Assembly: GCF_009914755.1 (NCBI RefSeq)
Contig: NC_060926.1
Reading direction: 5' to 3' (one strand)
DNA from: the human T2T-CHM13v2.0 reference genome, Homo sapiens
DNA length: 64,000 nt
In this document: positions 1-17,077 of the stretch, piece by piece
Layout of the letters: each line of letters opens with the position of its first letter
Position numbering within the stretch: position 1 is the stretch's first letter
Translations under genes and position numbers: made by a program
Notes under the pieces: model-generated
Seen by the model: only the letters and a program-made list of their open reading frames with translations
What the model was told of the DNA's origin: nothing
The model's database searches: none

Positions 1-1330
1 TGAAGACTTTGAAATTATGGCTTCAATCTCATTACTTGCTATTGGTGTGTCCAGGTTTTGGATTTCTTCATGATTCAACCTTGATAGGTTGTATGTATCT
101 AGGAATTTGTCAGTTTCTTCTAGTTTTCCAATGTATTGGCATATAGTTGCTCATAGTAGCCACTAATGATATTTGAATTTCTGCTGTATCAGTTGAAATG
201 TCTCCTTTTTCATCCCTGATTTTATTTACTTGGATCTTCTCCTTTTTGTTCTTAGTCTGCTAAAGGTTTGTTAGTTTTGTTTAACTTTTTGAAGAACAAA
301 CTTATAGTTTCATTGATCTTTTGTATTGTTTTCTCCATTTTGATTTTTTTTATTTCTGCTCTAATCTTTATTATGTCATTTTTTCTACTAATGATTTTGG
401 GTTTGGCTTGTTCTTGCTCTTCCAATTTTTAAAGATGCATTGTTAAGTTGTTTATTTGAAGTTTTTCTTTCTTTTTTTTATGTAGGCACTTACAACTACA
501 AACTTCCCTCTTAGTATTGCTTTTGCTGTATCCCATAGGTTTTGGTATATTGTGTTTCCATTATCATTTGTTTTAAGAAAAATTTCGATTTCCTTTTTAA
601 TTTCTTTATTGACCCACTGGTCATTCAGGAGCATATTGTTTAACTTCCGTGTGTTTGTATCATTTCCAAAGTTTCTCTTCTTATTGATTTCTACTTTTAT
701 TTAATTGTGGTCAGAGAAGATGCTTGATATTATTTCAGTTTTTTTGGAATGTCTTAAGACTTGTTTTGTGACCTAATATGTGGTCTATCTGTGAGAATGA
801 TGCATGTGCTGAGGAAAATAATGTGTATTCTGCAGCTGTTGGATGAAATGTTCTGTAAATATCTATTAGGTTCATTTGGTCTATAGTGCAGATTAAGTCC
901 AATGTTTCTTTGCTGATTGTCTGTCTGAAAGACCTGTCCAATCCTGAAAATAGGGTGCTGAGGTCTCTAGCTATTGTTGCATTGAATCCTCTCTCCCTCT
1001 TTAGCTCTAACAATATTTGCTCTATATATCTGGGTGGTCCTGTGTTGGGTGCACATATATTTAAAATTGTTATATCTTGTTGCTGAATTGACCACTTTAT
1101 CATTATATGGTGACCTTCTTTGTCTGTTCTTATAGTTTTTGTCTTGAAATCTATTTTGTCTTATATAAGAGAAAATATTCCTGCTCTTTTTTGGCTTTCA
1201 TCAGCATGGAATATTGTTTTCCATTCACTTATTTCCAGTCTGTGTGTATCTTTATAGATGAAGTGTGTTTCTTGCAGGCAACAGATCATTGGGTCTTCTT
1301 TTTTATCCATTCAGCCACTCTATGTCTTTT

Positions 1331-1596
1331 TTCTTTTTTTTTTTTTTTTTGAGATGGAGTCTCACTCTGTCGCCCAATCTCCGCCTCCTGGGTTCAAGCA
1401 ATTCTCCTGACTCAGCCTCCTGAGTAGCTGGGACTACAGGCACGTGCCACCACACCTGACTAATTTTTGTATTTTTGGTAGAGACAGGGTTTTACTATGT
1501 TGGCCAGGCTGTTCTCAAACTCCTGACCTCAGGTGATCCGCCCACCTTGGCATCCCAAAGTGCTGTGATTACAGGCATGAGCTACTGCACCCGGCT
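1331..1596 (-). mobile_element. AluS with internal deletion
   Basis: Alu body with poly-T; TSD cactctatgt(c/a)tttt at 1316-1330 and 1597-1611. Confidence 0.92.
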
Positions 1597-2853
1597 CACT
1601 CTATGTATTTTGATTGGAGAGTTTAGTCCATTTACATTAAGTGTTATTATTAATAAGTAAAAACATGCTCATGACATTTTGTTATTTGTCTTCTGGTTGT
1701 TTTGTGGTCTTTCCTTCCTTCTTTCTTTCCTTCTTGTCTTCCTCTTAGTGAAGGTGATTTTCTCTGGTGATATGAATTGGTTTTTTACTTTTTGTTTTTT
1801 GTGCATCCATTATGTGTTTACTGGTTTGTGGTTACCATGAGGCTTGCAAAAAATATAACCCATTATTTTAAGCTGATAACAAAACTGTTTGCATAAATAA
1901 GAAAAGAAGCAAAAAGAAAATTAATAAGGACTATGCCTTAACTTCATCCTCCAGCCTTTTAACTTTTTGTTGTTTCTATTTATAATTTATTGTATTGACT
2001 ATGTCTTGAAAAGTTGTGGTAGTTATTATTTTTTGTTGGTTCATCATTTTGTTTTTCTACTGAAGATAAGAGTAATTTACATACCACAGTTACAGTGTTA
2101 TAATATTCCAGGTTTTTCTGTGTACTTACTATTATCAGTGAGTTTTGTACATTCACATAATTTCTTGTTGCTCATTAACATCCTTTTCTTTTTGATTGAA
2201 GCACTCCTTTTAGCATTTCTTGTAGGATATGTCTAGTGTTGATGAAATCCCTCAGTTTTTGTTTGTCTGGGAAAGTCTTTATTTCTCCATCATGTTTGAA
2301 GGATGTTTTCACCAGATATGCTATTCTGAGACAAAAGTTTTTTCCTTCAGCATTTTAAATATGTCTTGCCACTCTCACCTGGCCTGTAAGGTTTCCACTG
2401 CAAAATCTGCTGCTAGATGTATTGGAGCTCCATTATGTGTTATTTGTTTCTTTTCTCTTACTGCTTTTAGGATACTTTCTTTGTCCTTTACTTTTGGGAG
2501 TTTGGTTATTAAATTTCTTGAGGTAGTCTTCTTTGGGTTAAATCTGCTTTGTGTGTATAACCTTCTTATACTTGGATATTGATATCATTCTCTAAGTTTG
2601 GGAAATTCTCTGTTATTATGCCTTTGAATAAACTTTCTACTCCTATCTCTTTCTTTATGTTCACTTTAAGGCCAATAACTATTAGATTTGCCCTTTCGAG
2701 GTTATTTTCTAGATCCTGTAGGTGTGCTTCATTGTTTTTAATTCTTTTTCTTCTGTCTCCTCCTCTGACTGTGTATTGTTAAATAGCCTGCCTTCAAGCT
2801 CACTAATTCTTTCTTCTACTTGATCAATTCTTCTATTAAAAGACTGATGTTGA

Positions 2854-3509
<656 letters not shown>

Positions 3510-5297
3510 TTAAATTATCTCCATCTCTTTATTAAGTGTATCTGATGAAATTCTGAATTTCTTCTGTGTTATCTTGAATTTCTTTGCATTTCCTCAACAC
3601 AGCTATTTTGAATTATCTGTCTAAAGGGTCATATAGCTCTGTTTCTCCAGGATTGCTCCCTGGTGGCTTATTTAGTTGATGTGAGGTCATGTTTTCCTGG
3701 ATGGTGTTGATATTCTTCAGTGTCTGGGCTTTGAAGAGTTAGATATTTATTGTAATCTTCTCAGTCTGGTCTTGTTTGTACCCACCCTTCTTGGGAAGGC
3801 TTTCCAGATATCTGAAAGGACTTGGGTGTTGTGATTTAAGCTGTATCTGCTTTAGGGGGCACCCCAAGCCCAGTACTGCTGTGGCTCTTGCAGTTTCATA
3901 AAGGTACCACCTTGATGGTCTTAGACAAGATCCCGGAGAATTTTCTGGATTACCAGGCAGAGGCTCTTGTTCTCTTCTCTTATTTTCTCCTAAAAAAATG
4001 GAGCCTTTCTGTTCTGAACACCCTGGAGCTGGGGTGGTGTGACACATGCACCCCTGTGGCCACCACCACAAGGACTGCACTGGGTCAGACCTGAAGCCAG
4101 CACAGCATTGGGTCTTGCCCAAGGCCTGCTCTAACCACTCCCTAGGGATGGCCCATATTTACTGAAGGCCCTGAGGCTCTATAGTCAGTAGGTGGCAAAG
4201 CCAGCTAGGCCTATGTCCTTCCCACAAGGTGGCAAGTTTCCATGGGCCCCAATCATGTCCAGAGGAGCTATCTGGGAGCAAGGGTAGAGTTTAAAACCTT
4301 AGAAGTCTACCTGATGTTCTATTGTACTGTGGCTGAGTTTGCACTCAAACCACAAGATGCAGTCCTTCCCACTTTTCCTTCTCCTTTCCAAAGGCAGAGG
4401 AGCCTCATCCTGTGGTCACCACCACAGGCCCATGGGAGTTATTGCCAGACTACCACTGATGTTCCCTTAAAGCCCACGGTCTCGTATGTCAGCCTGTGGT
4501 GAATGCTTCCTGGCCTGTGACTCACTATTTAGGTCAGTGGACTTCCCTCTGACACAACGCAGGTCCAGAAATGCCACCCAAAAGCCCTCTTGGTGCTCTA
4601 CCCTGTGTGGCCAAGCTGGTACCTAAGGTACAAGACAAAGTCCCCTTTGTTTTTCCCTCCACTTTTCTCAAGTCTCCTCTTACGGGAAGGAGACTCATCC
4701 CATAGCCAGCATATCTGGAAATGTGCTGAGTCTCATCTGAAGCCACCAAATCTCAGAGTCTTACCCAAGCCCTTGACATAGTATCTGGGTATCACTGCTG
4801 GTTGTTCAGGGCCCAAAGGCTCTTCAGTTAGCAGATGATGAATCCTGCCAGGACTGGGTCCTTCCCTTCAAGGCAGTAGGTTCCTTTCTAATGTGTCTAG
4901 ACATGTCATCTGGGAACTAGGGCCTGGAAAGAGGGACCCATGACTCTGACCGGTTCCCTGTCCTTCCATGGCTGAGCTGGTATCCAAGATGCAAGAAAAA
5001 GTCCTCCAAACTCTTCTGGCTGCTCCCATCAAGTGGAGGGAGAGTCCCTTTTGGAGCTACAATCTGTGCAGCCTGGAAGTAGGGGAGGGGTGAGGCCAGC
5101 ACTCCCTGAACTCCCCCACCTGCTATCTCAGTAGATTGCATGCCCTCGCAATCCACTGTCTCTGGGACCAGTTCAGCCTTAGGACTCACCTAGGCATTGC
5201 AGTCCTTCTGGCTTAGCCTGCCTTTCAAGTTTATTTTGGACCCCAGAGTACCTTAGCACACAGTGGTGAGGTTTGTGGGAACTCAATCTCGGATCAC

Positions 5298-5392
5298 TGA
5301 AGTATGGTTTCTGCTGAACGCATATCGCTTTCACACCATCATGAAGTAGAAAAAGCATAAGTTGAACCGTTGTAAATTAGGGACCATCTGTA
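5298..5392 (+). mobile_element. MER47-like (TcMar-Tigger) terminal fragment
   Basis: gaagtatggtttctgctgaacgcatatcgctttcacaccatc...gggaccatctg-ta resembles the MER47A end and is followed by a TA target. Confidence 0.65.
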
Positions 5393-6213
5393 TTTTAAAA
5401 AATGACCATTAGACTGACAGACCTCTCATTACCAACAATAAGGGTTAGGAGATAATGAAATAATAGTTTCAGAATGGGGAGGGAAAGGACACTTCAGCTT
5501 AGAATTCTATAATCAAATAAGCTATATTCAAGACTGAGGGCAAAAAGACATTGTCATATAAGTTTGCATATATGACTCTCAGTGAAAGAACTCTAAGTGA
5601 CAGAAACGCTAAATAATGCATTTCAGTAAGAAGAAAAATAAATCCAGAAGAAAAAAGTAGCATGAAAGAAACAAATGAATTTGTAACCATTTGGTAACTC
5701 TAAATAAGGATTTGCTATGCTGCTACTACTACTACTACCACTACTAATGGCTAGTGTTAATAGAAGTTAGAAACAAAGAGGAATGAAAAGAATAGAAAAC
5801 ATTAACATGGAAGAAAGGAGGGGAGAAATTTGAGTTAGTGTTCTAAGTTCCTTGAAGAAAGATAATAGAAAAAATGTTTAATTTTTGACTTATTTATTTT
5901 TTGTAACAGCCTTATTGAGGTATTATTAATCAACAATAAACCAAACATATTTAAATCATGCAATGTGATAAGAATGACATATGTATACACTCGTGAAATC
6001 ATCACCATAATCAAGTAAATGATCATACCTACCATCCCTAAAAGTGTCCTCACGACCTTTGGAATTCTTGCCTCCCAAATTTTCCCACCTCCCCAAACCA
6101 TCACTGATCTGCTTTCTGTTCCTATAGATTGGTTTGTATTCTTTAGAATTTTATATAAATGGAATAATACAGTACCTACACTTTTTTTGTCTGGCTTTTC
6201 TCATTCCACATAG

Positions 6214-6517
6214 TTTTTTTTGTTTTGTTTTGAGACAAGGTATCACTCTGTTGCCCAGGCTGGAGTGAGTGCAGTGGCATATTCACAGCTCACTACAGCC
6301 TCGGCCCCCTGGGCTCAATTGATCCTTCCATCTCAGTCTCCTGAGTAGCTGGGACTACATGTGCATGCCATTATACCCGGCTAATTTTTGTACTGTTTGT
6401 AGAAATGGGGTTTTGCCATGCTGCCCAGGCTGGTCTCAAATTCGGGGGCACAAGCGATCTACTCCCCTCAGCCTTCCAAAGTGTTTCAATTATAATTGTT
6501 AGCCACTGTGCCCAGCC
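6214..6517 (-). mobile_element. AluJ
   Basis: Diverged Alu dimer; TSD-like catagtt on both sides. Confidence 0.88.
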
Positions 6518-6709
6518 CTGCATAGTTAAGATTCCACCATGTTGAGTATATCAGTGGTACATACCTTTTTATTACTAAAATTCCACTGTTTATATATACA
6601 CCACAATTCACATATCTCTTCATTTGTTGATAACACTTGAGTTGTTTTAGTTTTTGGTCAAGTTAAGCTTCTGTGAATATCATGTAAATGTCTTTGTATG
6701 GCCACGTGC

Positions 6710-6935
6710 AACAGTGTTGGGAGCTGAGGTCTAATGTGAGGTAATTAGGCCATGAGGGTGGAGTGAATGGATTAATGTTGTTATATGAAAATGAGTTCCT
6801 TATGGAAGTTCAGCCCCCTTTTGCTCTCTGTTGCCCTCTCTGTCCTTTCACCATGGGATGATGCAAAAAAAAGTTCTCATCAGATGCTGGTGCCTTAATC
6901 TTGAACTTCCAAGACACCAGAACTGTAAGGAATAT
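6710..6935 (+). mobile_element. MaLR LTR fragment (MST/MLT1A-like)
   Basis: ggccatgagggtggag...cagatgctggtgccttaatcttgaacttcc...agaactgtaag is typical MaLR LTR sequence. Confidence 0.65.
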
Positions 6936-6954
6936 ATCTCATTGTAGGTTTTTA

Positions 6955-7108
6955 ATTTTTTAAAGACAGGATCTTGCTCTGTCACCCAGACTGGAATACA
7001 GTGGTAGAATCACAGCTCCTTGCAAGCTTGAAATCCTGGGCTAGGGCCATCCTCCTGCCTTGGCCTCCCAAAGTGCTAGCTTACAGGCATGAGCCAGGGT
7101 GCCTGGCC
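6955..7108 (-). mobile_element. Alu monomer (FAM/FRAM-like)
   Basis: Single Alu arm; TSD tcattgtag at both ends. Confidence 0.8.
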
Positions 7109-7773
7109 TCATTGTAGTTTTAATTTGCATTGTCCTAATGATGAATGATGTGGAGCATCTTTTCATGTGTTTATTAGCCATGGATATATTTCCCTGGGCG
7201 AAGCATCTGTTCAAGTCTTTTTTCCGTTGTACTCTTACTTAGTTTTGAGAGTTCTTTATGCATTCTGGGTACAAGTCCTTTATCAAACATATAATTTGTA
7301 AATACTTTTTCTTAGTCTGCAGTGGATCTTTTCATTCTATTAACCATGTCTTTAGCATAGTAGATGTTTTTAGTTGGATGAAGTCCAATTTATCATTTTT
7401 TTTCTTGCTGGCATACCTAAGACATCTTTGCCTAACCCAAGGTAACAAAGATTTTTTCCTATATTTTTTTCTGAAGTTGTATAGTTTTGGAATTTGCACT
7501 TATTTCTACAATTGCTTTGAGTTGTGTTGTAAATGGTGTAGGTATAGATAAACGTTCATTTGTTGCATGTGGATATCCAATTTCTGTACAACTATTGTTA
7601 CAATCATTTGCTGAAAAGACTATCCTTTCTCCACTGAAATGCCATTGCACCTTTGTCAAAACCCATTGTCCATATATCTGTGGTCTCACCTCTGGACTCA
7701 CCATTCTATTCTATTGATCACTCTATCTTTATATCAATATCATACTCTCTTAATTAGTGTGGCTTTATAATAA

Positions 7774-8108
<335 letters not shown>

Positions 8109-8513
8109 TTGTATTTTTTTTTTCCAAGTTGTTTTTCCTATTCTAGGTCCTTGCAATTCCACATGAATTTTAGAATTATCTTATCGATTTCTACAAAAAA
8201 AAGTCTTATGGAATTTCATTTTGGAATACAAGAAATCTATAGATCTATTTGGAGGGAATTGATGTCTTAAAAATAATAAGTTTTCTGAGTTTGGACACCA
8301 TATATTGTAATTTTCAGTGTACAGGTTTTGCATATCTTTTGCCAGATTTATACCTAAGTATTTCATATTTTTGATGCTACCATAAATGGTATTTTTAATT
8401 TCAATTTTTTTAAGTTTATTTCTACTATAGAGTAACACATTTGAATTTTGTATATCAATCTTCTATCCTGAAACCTTGTTAAATTCATATATTAGTTCTA
8501 GTAACTTTAATAG

Positions 8514-9582
<1,069 letters not shown>

Positions 9583-9744
9583 AACCTGATGCATTTTATT
9601 TTGTTTTCTCAACTTACTGTAATGGCCAGAACCTTTAGGACAATGTTGAATAAAAAGGGTGAGATTGGATATTCCTGCCTTATGCCTGATTTTAGGAAGA
9701 AAGAATTTAGTCTTTGTATTTCTTGGAGTTCTCCAGAGAAACAG

Positions 9745-9747
<3 letters not shown>

Positions 9748-9782
<35 letters not shown>

Positions 9783-9787
9783 ACACA
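9748..9787. repeat. (CA)n microsatellite
   Basis: About 20 CA units with one interruption. Confidence 0.95.
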
Positions 9788-9796
9788 GTTGTTGGT

Positions 9797-10087
9797 TTTA
9801 TTTTTTCCTTTTGAGACAGTCTCGCTTTGTTGCCCAGGCTGGAGTTCAGTGGCATGATCTCAGCTCACTGCAACCTCCACCTCCCCGGTTCAAGTGATCC
9901 TTGTTCAGCCTCCTGAGTAGCTGGGACTACAGGCAGGCACCACCATGCCCGGCTAATTTTTGTATTTTAGTAGAGATGGGATTTCACTATGTTGGTCAGG
10001 CTGGTCTCCAACTCTTGACCTCAAGTGATCCACCTGCCTCAGCCTCTCAAAGTGCTGGGATAACATGCGTGAGCCAGTGTTCAGCCT
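9797..10087 (-). mobile_element. AluS
   Basis: Alu dimer. Confidence 0.9.
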
Positions 10088-10093
10088 ATATAC

Positions 10094-10520
10094 ACTGTGA
10101 CCCTTGAACAGTGTGGGTTTGAATTGCATGTATCCATTTCTACACATATTTTCTTCCACCTCTGCCATCTGTAAGATAGCAAGTCCAACCCCTTCTCTTC
10201 CTCCTCTTCCTCAGCCTACTCCACATGAAGACAAGGGTAAAGACCTTTATGATGATCACTTCCCCTTAATAAATAGTATTTTCTCTTCGTTATAATTCTT
10301 AATAACATTTTCTTTTCTCTAGCTTACTTTATTGTAAAAATACAATATATAATACATATACAAAATATGTGTCAATGAACTATATTATCAATAAGATTTT
10401 TGTCAATAGTAGGCTATTAGTAGTTAAGTTTTGGAGGTATCAAAAGTTATACGTGGATTTTCAGCTACACTGGGGGGATGGTCAGCACCCCAAACCCTGA
10501 ATTGTTCAAGGGTCTACTAT
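10094..10520. mobile_element. Tigger2a/MER28-like DNA transposon
   Basis: Inverted termini gacccttgaaca...tgttcaagggtc with TA-rich flanks. Confidence 0.75.
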
Positions 10521-10562
10521 ATATATATTTGGCTCACATGATTATGGAGACTGGCAGGTTCA

Positions 10563-10967
<405 letters not shown>

Positions 10968-11684
10968 TCAATCTTTGTTTTACTAAGGCCTTCAACTGAT
11001 TGGATATGGCCCACTTACCTTACGGAGAAAAATCTGCTTTACTGAATGTCCACTGAATTAAATGTTCATGCCATCCACAAAAACACTCACAGAAACCCCC
11101 AGAATAATGTTTGACCAAATATCTACTTGTCCCAGCCAAGTTAACACATAAAATTAACCATCACAGCCTTTCATTGTTAAGTATGATATAAGTAGGGTTT
11201 TTTGTAGATAGCTTTTGTCAAGTTGAGCAAGTTCCCTGCTATTCCTAGTCAGTTGAGGGCTCGTATCAGGAATGGATGTTGAATTTGTCAAATACTTATT
11301 CTCCGTCTAGTGATATAATTATATGGCTTTCCTTTTTTAGTCTGTTATATTGTGAATTATATTATTTGATTTTTTTAAATGCTAAAACAACCTTGCCTTC
11401 CTAGAATGAACCCCGCTTGGTCAGGATGTATTATTTTTGTTATATATTATTGGCTTATATTTGCTAAAATTTTGAATTTTATGTTGGCTATAGTTTTCTT
11501 TCTTGTAATGTCTTTAATCAGTTTTGGTATCAGGGTAATATTGACCTATGAGTTGGGAAATATTCATCCATCTTCAATTTTCTGGAAGTGTTTGTTTAGG
11601 TAGCATTGGTACCCTTTCTACCATAAGTGGGTGGTAAAATTCCCAATATAGCTGTCTGCCCCTATTGTTTTCTTTGTGGGAGGA

Positions 11685-11822
11685 TTTTATTTTATTTTTT
11701 CAGTAGAGGTGGGGTATTACCATGTTGCCCAGGCTGCTCTCCAATTCCTGGACTCAAACAATCCACTCGCCTTGACCTCCCAATGTGCTGGGCTTATAGG
11801 CATGAGCCACTGCACCTGGCCC
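11685..11822 (-). mobile_element. FLAM / Alu left monomer
   Basis: Single arm; TSD ctttgtggga(g/a)gatttt. Confidence 0.85.
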
Positions 11823-12299
11823 TTTGTGGGAAGATTTTTAACTATAGATTCCATTACTTTAATAGATATATGGCAATTCAGGTTATCTGTTTCTTCTTGA
11901 ATCAGCTTTGGTAGATTGTGTCTTTTAAGGAATGAACATATCCATTTCATTCACATTGTAGAATTTATTGACATATAGTTGTTCAAAACATTCCCTGATT
12001 ATCCTTTCAGGATGTGTGGAATTTGTAGTTAACTTTGTCATTCATGATGCTGGTTATTTGTGTCTTTTTTCTTTTTTTCCTGGTAAATCTGAATAGATGT
12101 TGATAACATTGGTATTGGTATAATATTCTTAAGGGACTAGTTTTTGGTGTCATCAATTTTCCTATTGTTTTTCTGTTTTCCATTTCATTGATTTTTGCTC
12201 TAATCTTCATTATTCTTTCTGCTTCGTTTGGTTTTCACTTGTTTCTTTTTTTCTAGTTTCTTAAGTTAGACATTGAGAACATTGATTTTAAATCTTTTT

Positions 12300-12309
12300 T
12301 CTTTTCTTT

Positions 12310-12352
<43 letters not shown>

Positions 12353-12632
12353 TTTTAAAGAAAGGCAGGACCTGTCACCCAGGCTGGAGTGCAGCAGTGC
12401 AATTAACTCACTGCAGCCTCAAGATCCTGGGCTCAAGCAATCATTCCGTATCAGCCTCCCAAGTAGCTGGGACTATAGGTACACATCATCACAGTCAGTT
12501 CATTTTACAATTTTTTTTTTTACAGACAAGGACTTGCTGTGATACCCAGGCTGGTCTTGAACTCCTGGCCTCAAGCGATCCTCTTAATTTGTTCTCCCAA
12601 AGTGCTGGGATTACAGGCATGGCACCTTGCCT
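12300..12632 (-). mobile_element. AluJ with (TTTA)n tail microsatellite
   Basis: About 11 TTTA units at ~12309-12354, then a diverged Alu body. Confidence 0.88.
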
Positions 12633-12932
12633 GTTCTTTCCTAACATAGGGATTTAGTGTTCTAAATTCCTAACTGCCATTTTAGCTGCATCCCACAAAT
12701 TTTAATATGTTGTGTTTTCACTTACATTTGATTCAAAATACATTATAATTTCCCCTTAATTTTTAAAAATTGGTCCATGGTTCTTGGAAGTACATTATTT
12801 GGTTCCCGAATTTTAGTTATTTAGTTTTCAGATTTTCCATTGATCTTTCTGTTCTTGATTTCTAATTTAATTCCATTGTGGTAAAGGAATAGACTTTGTA
12901 ATAGAGAGGGTCGTTGAAATTGCTGACTATAA

Positions 12933-13336
<404 letters not shown>

Positions 13337-13793
13337 TAAATGACTAGCTTTGGGTTTTTTCCTCACATGCATGTACTGATCTGTACTCAAATGAATACTG
13401 GAATGGCCACCTCTGAAGATCTCTGGAGATTGCTCTTCTTGCAGCTCTCTCTTTTTTGGTACTCTGTCCTGAGAACACTAGCTCCTTGGGTTCACTGAAC
13501 AAGCAGCTGTGCCTCGCCAGTCAAGGATGCCCCCAGGCTCAGTCTGGGTTCCCCTTCTTTGCACTGTGCCCTAGGAACTTTCTCCAGGCAGTAAGCTGGG
13601 GTAGTCCTAGGGCTTTCTATGTTCATTTCTCATCTCTCAGGGATCACTATTCTTCATTGCCTGATGGTTAATGTCTTGAGGGTTGTTGTTTCGTATATAT
13701 TTGTCCAGTGTTTTTTATTAGTTTCATGTGTGAGTATAAATGTGGTCCTTATATTCCATCTTGATCAAAAGCAGAAGTCACATTATGCTTTTA

Positions 13794-14138
<345 letters not shown>

Positions 14139-14359
14139 TTAAGGCAATATAGAATACTGATTTGTGAATCAAAATACCTAATTTCCAAATCTCTCACTTG
14201 TATAAACTAGAAAAAAATTACTTTGTTGGGTCTATGCTTCCTTACTGTTGTATTGATAGGATAAAATAACATAAAGGCATTTAGTAAAATATGAAGTCAT
14301 ATACAAATGTAAAGTATTATTCAAAGGTACAAAATATGTGGGGAAGAAGTTAGAAGATA

Positions 14360-15310
14360 ATTGTTGTTTACCCATTGTTTACCCACATCTATTGCCTCCT
14401 TGCTATTAGACTCTTGATTTTATCCAGGTGAGGAATATGTCAAGCCACAGGTTACACTTGGCTCTGCCCGCTCTTCTTGCAGCTAGGAATGGGCATATTA
14501 CTCAGCTGCGGAAAATGAGGAATAATTGGCAGTCTGCCAGTGGTTTGATGTACCACTAGCAAGCCCCTGCTTTCCTGATAAAAGGAACAGGCTTAACTGA
14601 GTGTATAGGAGAGGAGATGTACCTGTCAGCCATAACTTAAACACATTCTGAAAATGACCCTGTGGCTTAAGAAGAACGTGTGTTTGGAGTTCTGAGCTAA
14701 GGGATCTGGAAGCGACCTATCTCATTCATTCCTTATATCTGTGGAACATCTGGGCCCCCATGCTGTGTAGGGGATGGAGGCCCTTTGTTTTGAGTCAGAT
14801 GGAGGTTGTCAGGTGGAGGTTGCTACAGGGAAGGTGCTAACTGAAATTCTATATAAACTTCATGCTTGTTACAAGCAGTTGTGTTTCTCCTGTCCAGCCC
14901 ACCACCACTGGATTACCCTGTGTGCAAGTCCCCCCAATAAGCCCCATATATATATCTCATTCTCTGGCTCTGGGTCATTCTCTGGGTCTCTTCTTCGGCC
15001 TCTTGAACATGGTGCCCTTCCTACTGAAGTCAAATAGGGGTCTGGCCATGACACTGACATTGCCCCTTCCCCCCTGCTTTCTGCCTGGAATACAGGCAGA
15101 CTTGATTCATAGCACCCTGACTGATTCATAGCACCCTGACTGTTATTTTATAAGTACGTGGGAAAGGACCAGGCCATCCTACAGATACTGGCTGTAGCCT
15201 TACTGAATTGCCAAAAAAAATTTGGCAGCTACCTTTCTCCATATTTCTTGTCATATGAGAAAAATATATTATTTAAGACATTATTAGTTGGGTGGTGAAA
15301 GCATTCCTAA
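14360..15310. mobile_element. Old MLT1 (MaLR) LTR split by a younger LTR
   Basis: MLT1J/K-like sequence on both sides of 14602-15053 (cttgcagctaggaatgggca...; gaaagcattcctaattgat). Confidence 0.55.
14602..15053 (+). mobile_element. Solo LTR (LTR47-like, ERVL class)
   Basis: TG...CA termini, TATA-like ctatataaac (~14849), caataag poly(A)-like site, 5-bp TSD ctgag/ctgac. Confidence 0.65.
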
Positions 15311-15963
15311 TTGATTCAGGAGGAGGAGGGGAACTGGAGAGTTAAGTTACATCTTGGTAAGTTAACTGTTTAAAGAAGGCTGTATAAAGCAAAAGGGAAA
15401 AAACTCATGTTTAAAATTTGTTTACAAATCAAGAGCAGTGCCTGGCACATAGTAAGTGCTCAATAAATATTCTTCAAATAAATGTAGGTGAATATGTCAA
15501 TCTTGCAGAACTGTTGTAGATGTAAATTGACAAATAGCAATCCCTCTAAAATCCCAGCTAGTTCTACTTCACAATTTTGATTCAGGACTATCAATAGTTG
15601 TATTTTTCACAGAGCACTGACCTCATTTGTACATAATTACACACACAAGGAGAATCTTAGGGTTACTACTCTGTAGCCAAGTTCAGTTAGCCTTTCTAAG
15701 ACACTAAGTGAACTTACCTGCAGAGCTGTTCCTTACATTTAGAACCTGAGGAGATACCAATAAAACTTAGCTCCAATCCCTCAAACAGCTGATCTTGTAG
15801 AAGTATTTGTCCTGAATAATGGAAAAGCTTCTTTGAAAGCAATCACACCATTGTAGAGGAATCCCAGACCAAGCCATCCCTGGCATAGCTTGGAAATGCA
15901 CATAGAAGATAAATGTTCTAACATTTCAGTGTCCCTGGAAGCTAAGTACAGTTTTAATAGACA

Positions 15964-16150
<187 letters not shown>

Positions 16151-16278
16151 ATTTTTGCATATTTTTAAACATTTTAAGCCATTAGGTTTTAAAGGTAGTT
16201 TTGTTACATCACATAGATAATAGGTAAAAATATCACTTTATAGTACTTACGATTTGCAAAATATAGTATCTTCTGAGT

Positions 16279-16498
16279 CAGGGATCAGCAAACATTTTCT
16301 GTAAAGGGCCTGATAGTAAAAACTTCAGGCTTTGAGGGCCATATGGTCTATGTCATATCAACTCAACTCCATCCTTGCAGTGCAAAAGCAGCTATAGATA
16401 GTAGGTAAATAAATGGTTTTACTGTGTTCCGATAAAACTATTTATAAGAGTAGGCAGATGAATGGATTTGGTTTACAGGCATAGTTTTCTGAATTCTG
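16279..16498. mobile_element. MER58A (hAT-Charlie)
   Basis: cagggatcagcaaacattttctgtaaagggcc...ggatttgg matches the MER58A pattern. Confidence 0.75.
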
Positions 16499-16640
16499 TT
16501 CTAAGTTGACAGTCTAGAAGAAGGTATATAATTCTCATCTCATAGTATGCATCCAATTATTAATAATTAGCTTCTTTGTTGTCTTCAGAAAATTCTGTAT
16601 GGGAAGAAATCTTGCAGGCTTTGTTATAAAGAATATCAAA

Positions 16641-17077
16641 CTGGCACAGTGGCTCACACCTGTAAACCCAACACTTTGGGAGGCCAAGGCAGGAGGATAG
16701 CTGGCGGCCAGGAATTTGAGACCAGCCTGGGCAACAGTGAGATCCCATCTCTCTTTCCCATGATTCTTCCCTTAGGGTAGGCGTTCTGCATGCATGGTGC
16801 TCTTCTTACCCTGGGGAATTGAGCACACACAGTGTGTTTAGGAAGTTGTATGCATGCCCATACAACTGGCTTTCTTTTTCTTTTCTTTTTTTTTCCAGTG
16901 GAGTGTACCTGGAAGATCATACTTCGCCATTTTTGTCTCTTAATAATTTTGCATTTTTCTTAGAGATGGAGTTTCTCCATGTTGCCAGGCTGGTCTTAAA
17001 CTCCTGGGCTCAAGCAATACTCCTGCCTTGGCCTCCCAAACTGCTGGGCTTACAGGTGTGAGCCACTATGCCCGGCC
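16641..17077. mobile_element. FLAM(+) 16641-16750, ERV1-type LTR fragment ~16755-16945, FLAM(-) ~16950-17077
   Basis: Two opposite Alu left arms enclosing LTR-like sequence with a YY1-type cgccatttt motif. Confidence 0.7.

Noticed and set aside
452-1103. Endonuclease-like ORFs as a functional gene
   Set aside because: Frameshifted remnants of L1 ORF2p interrupted by Alus.
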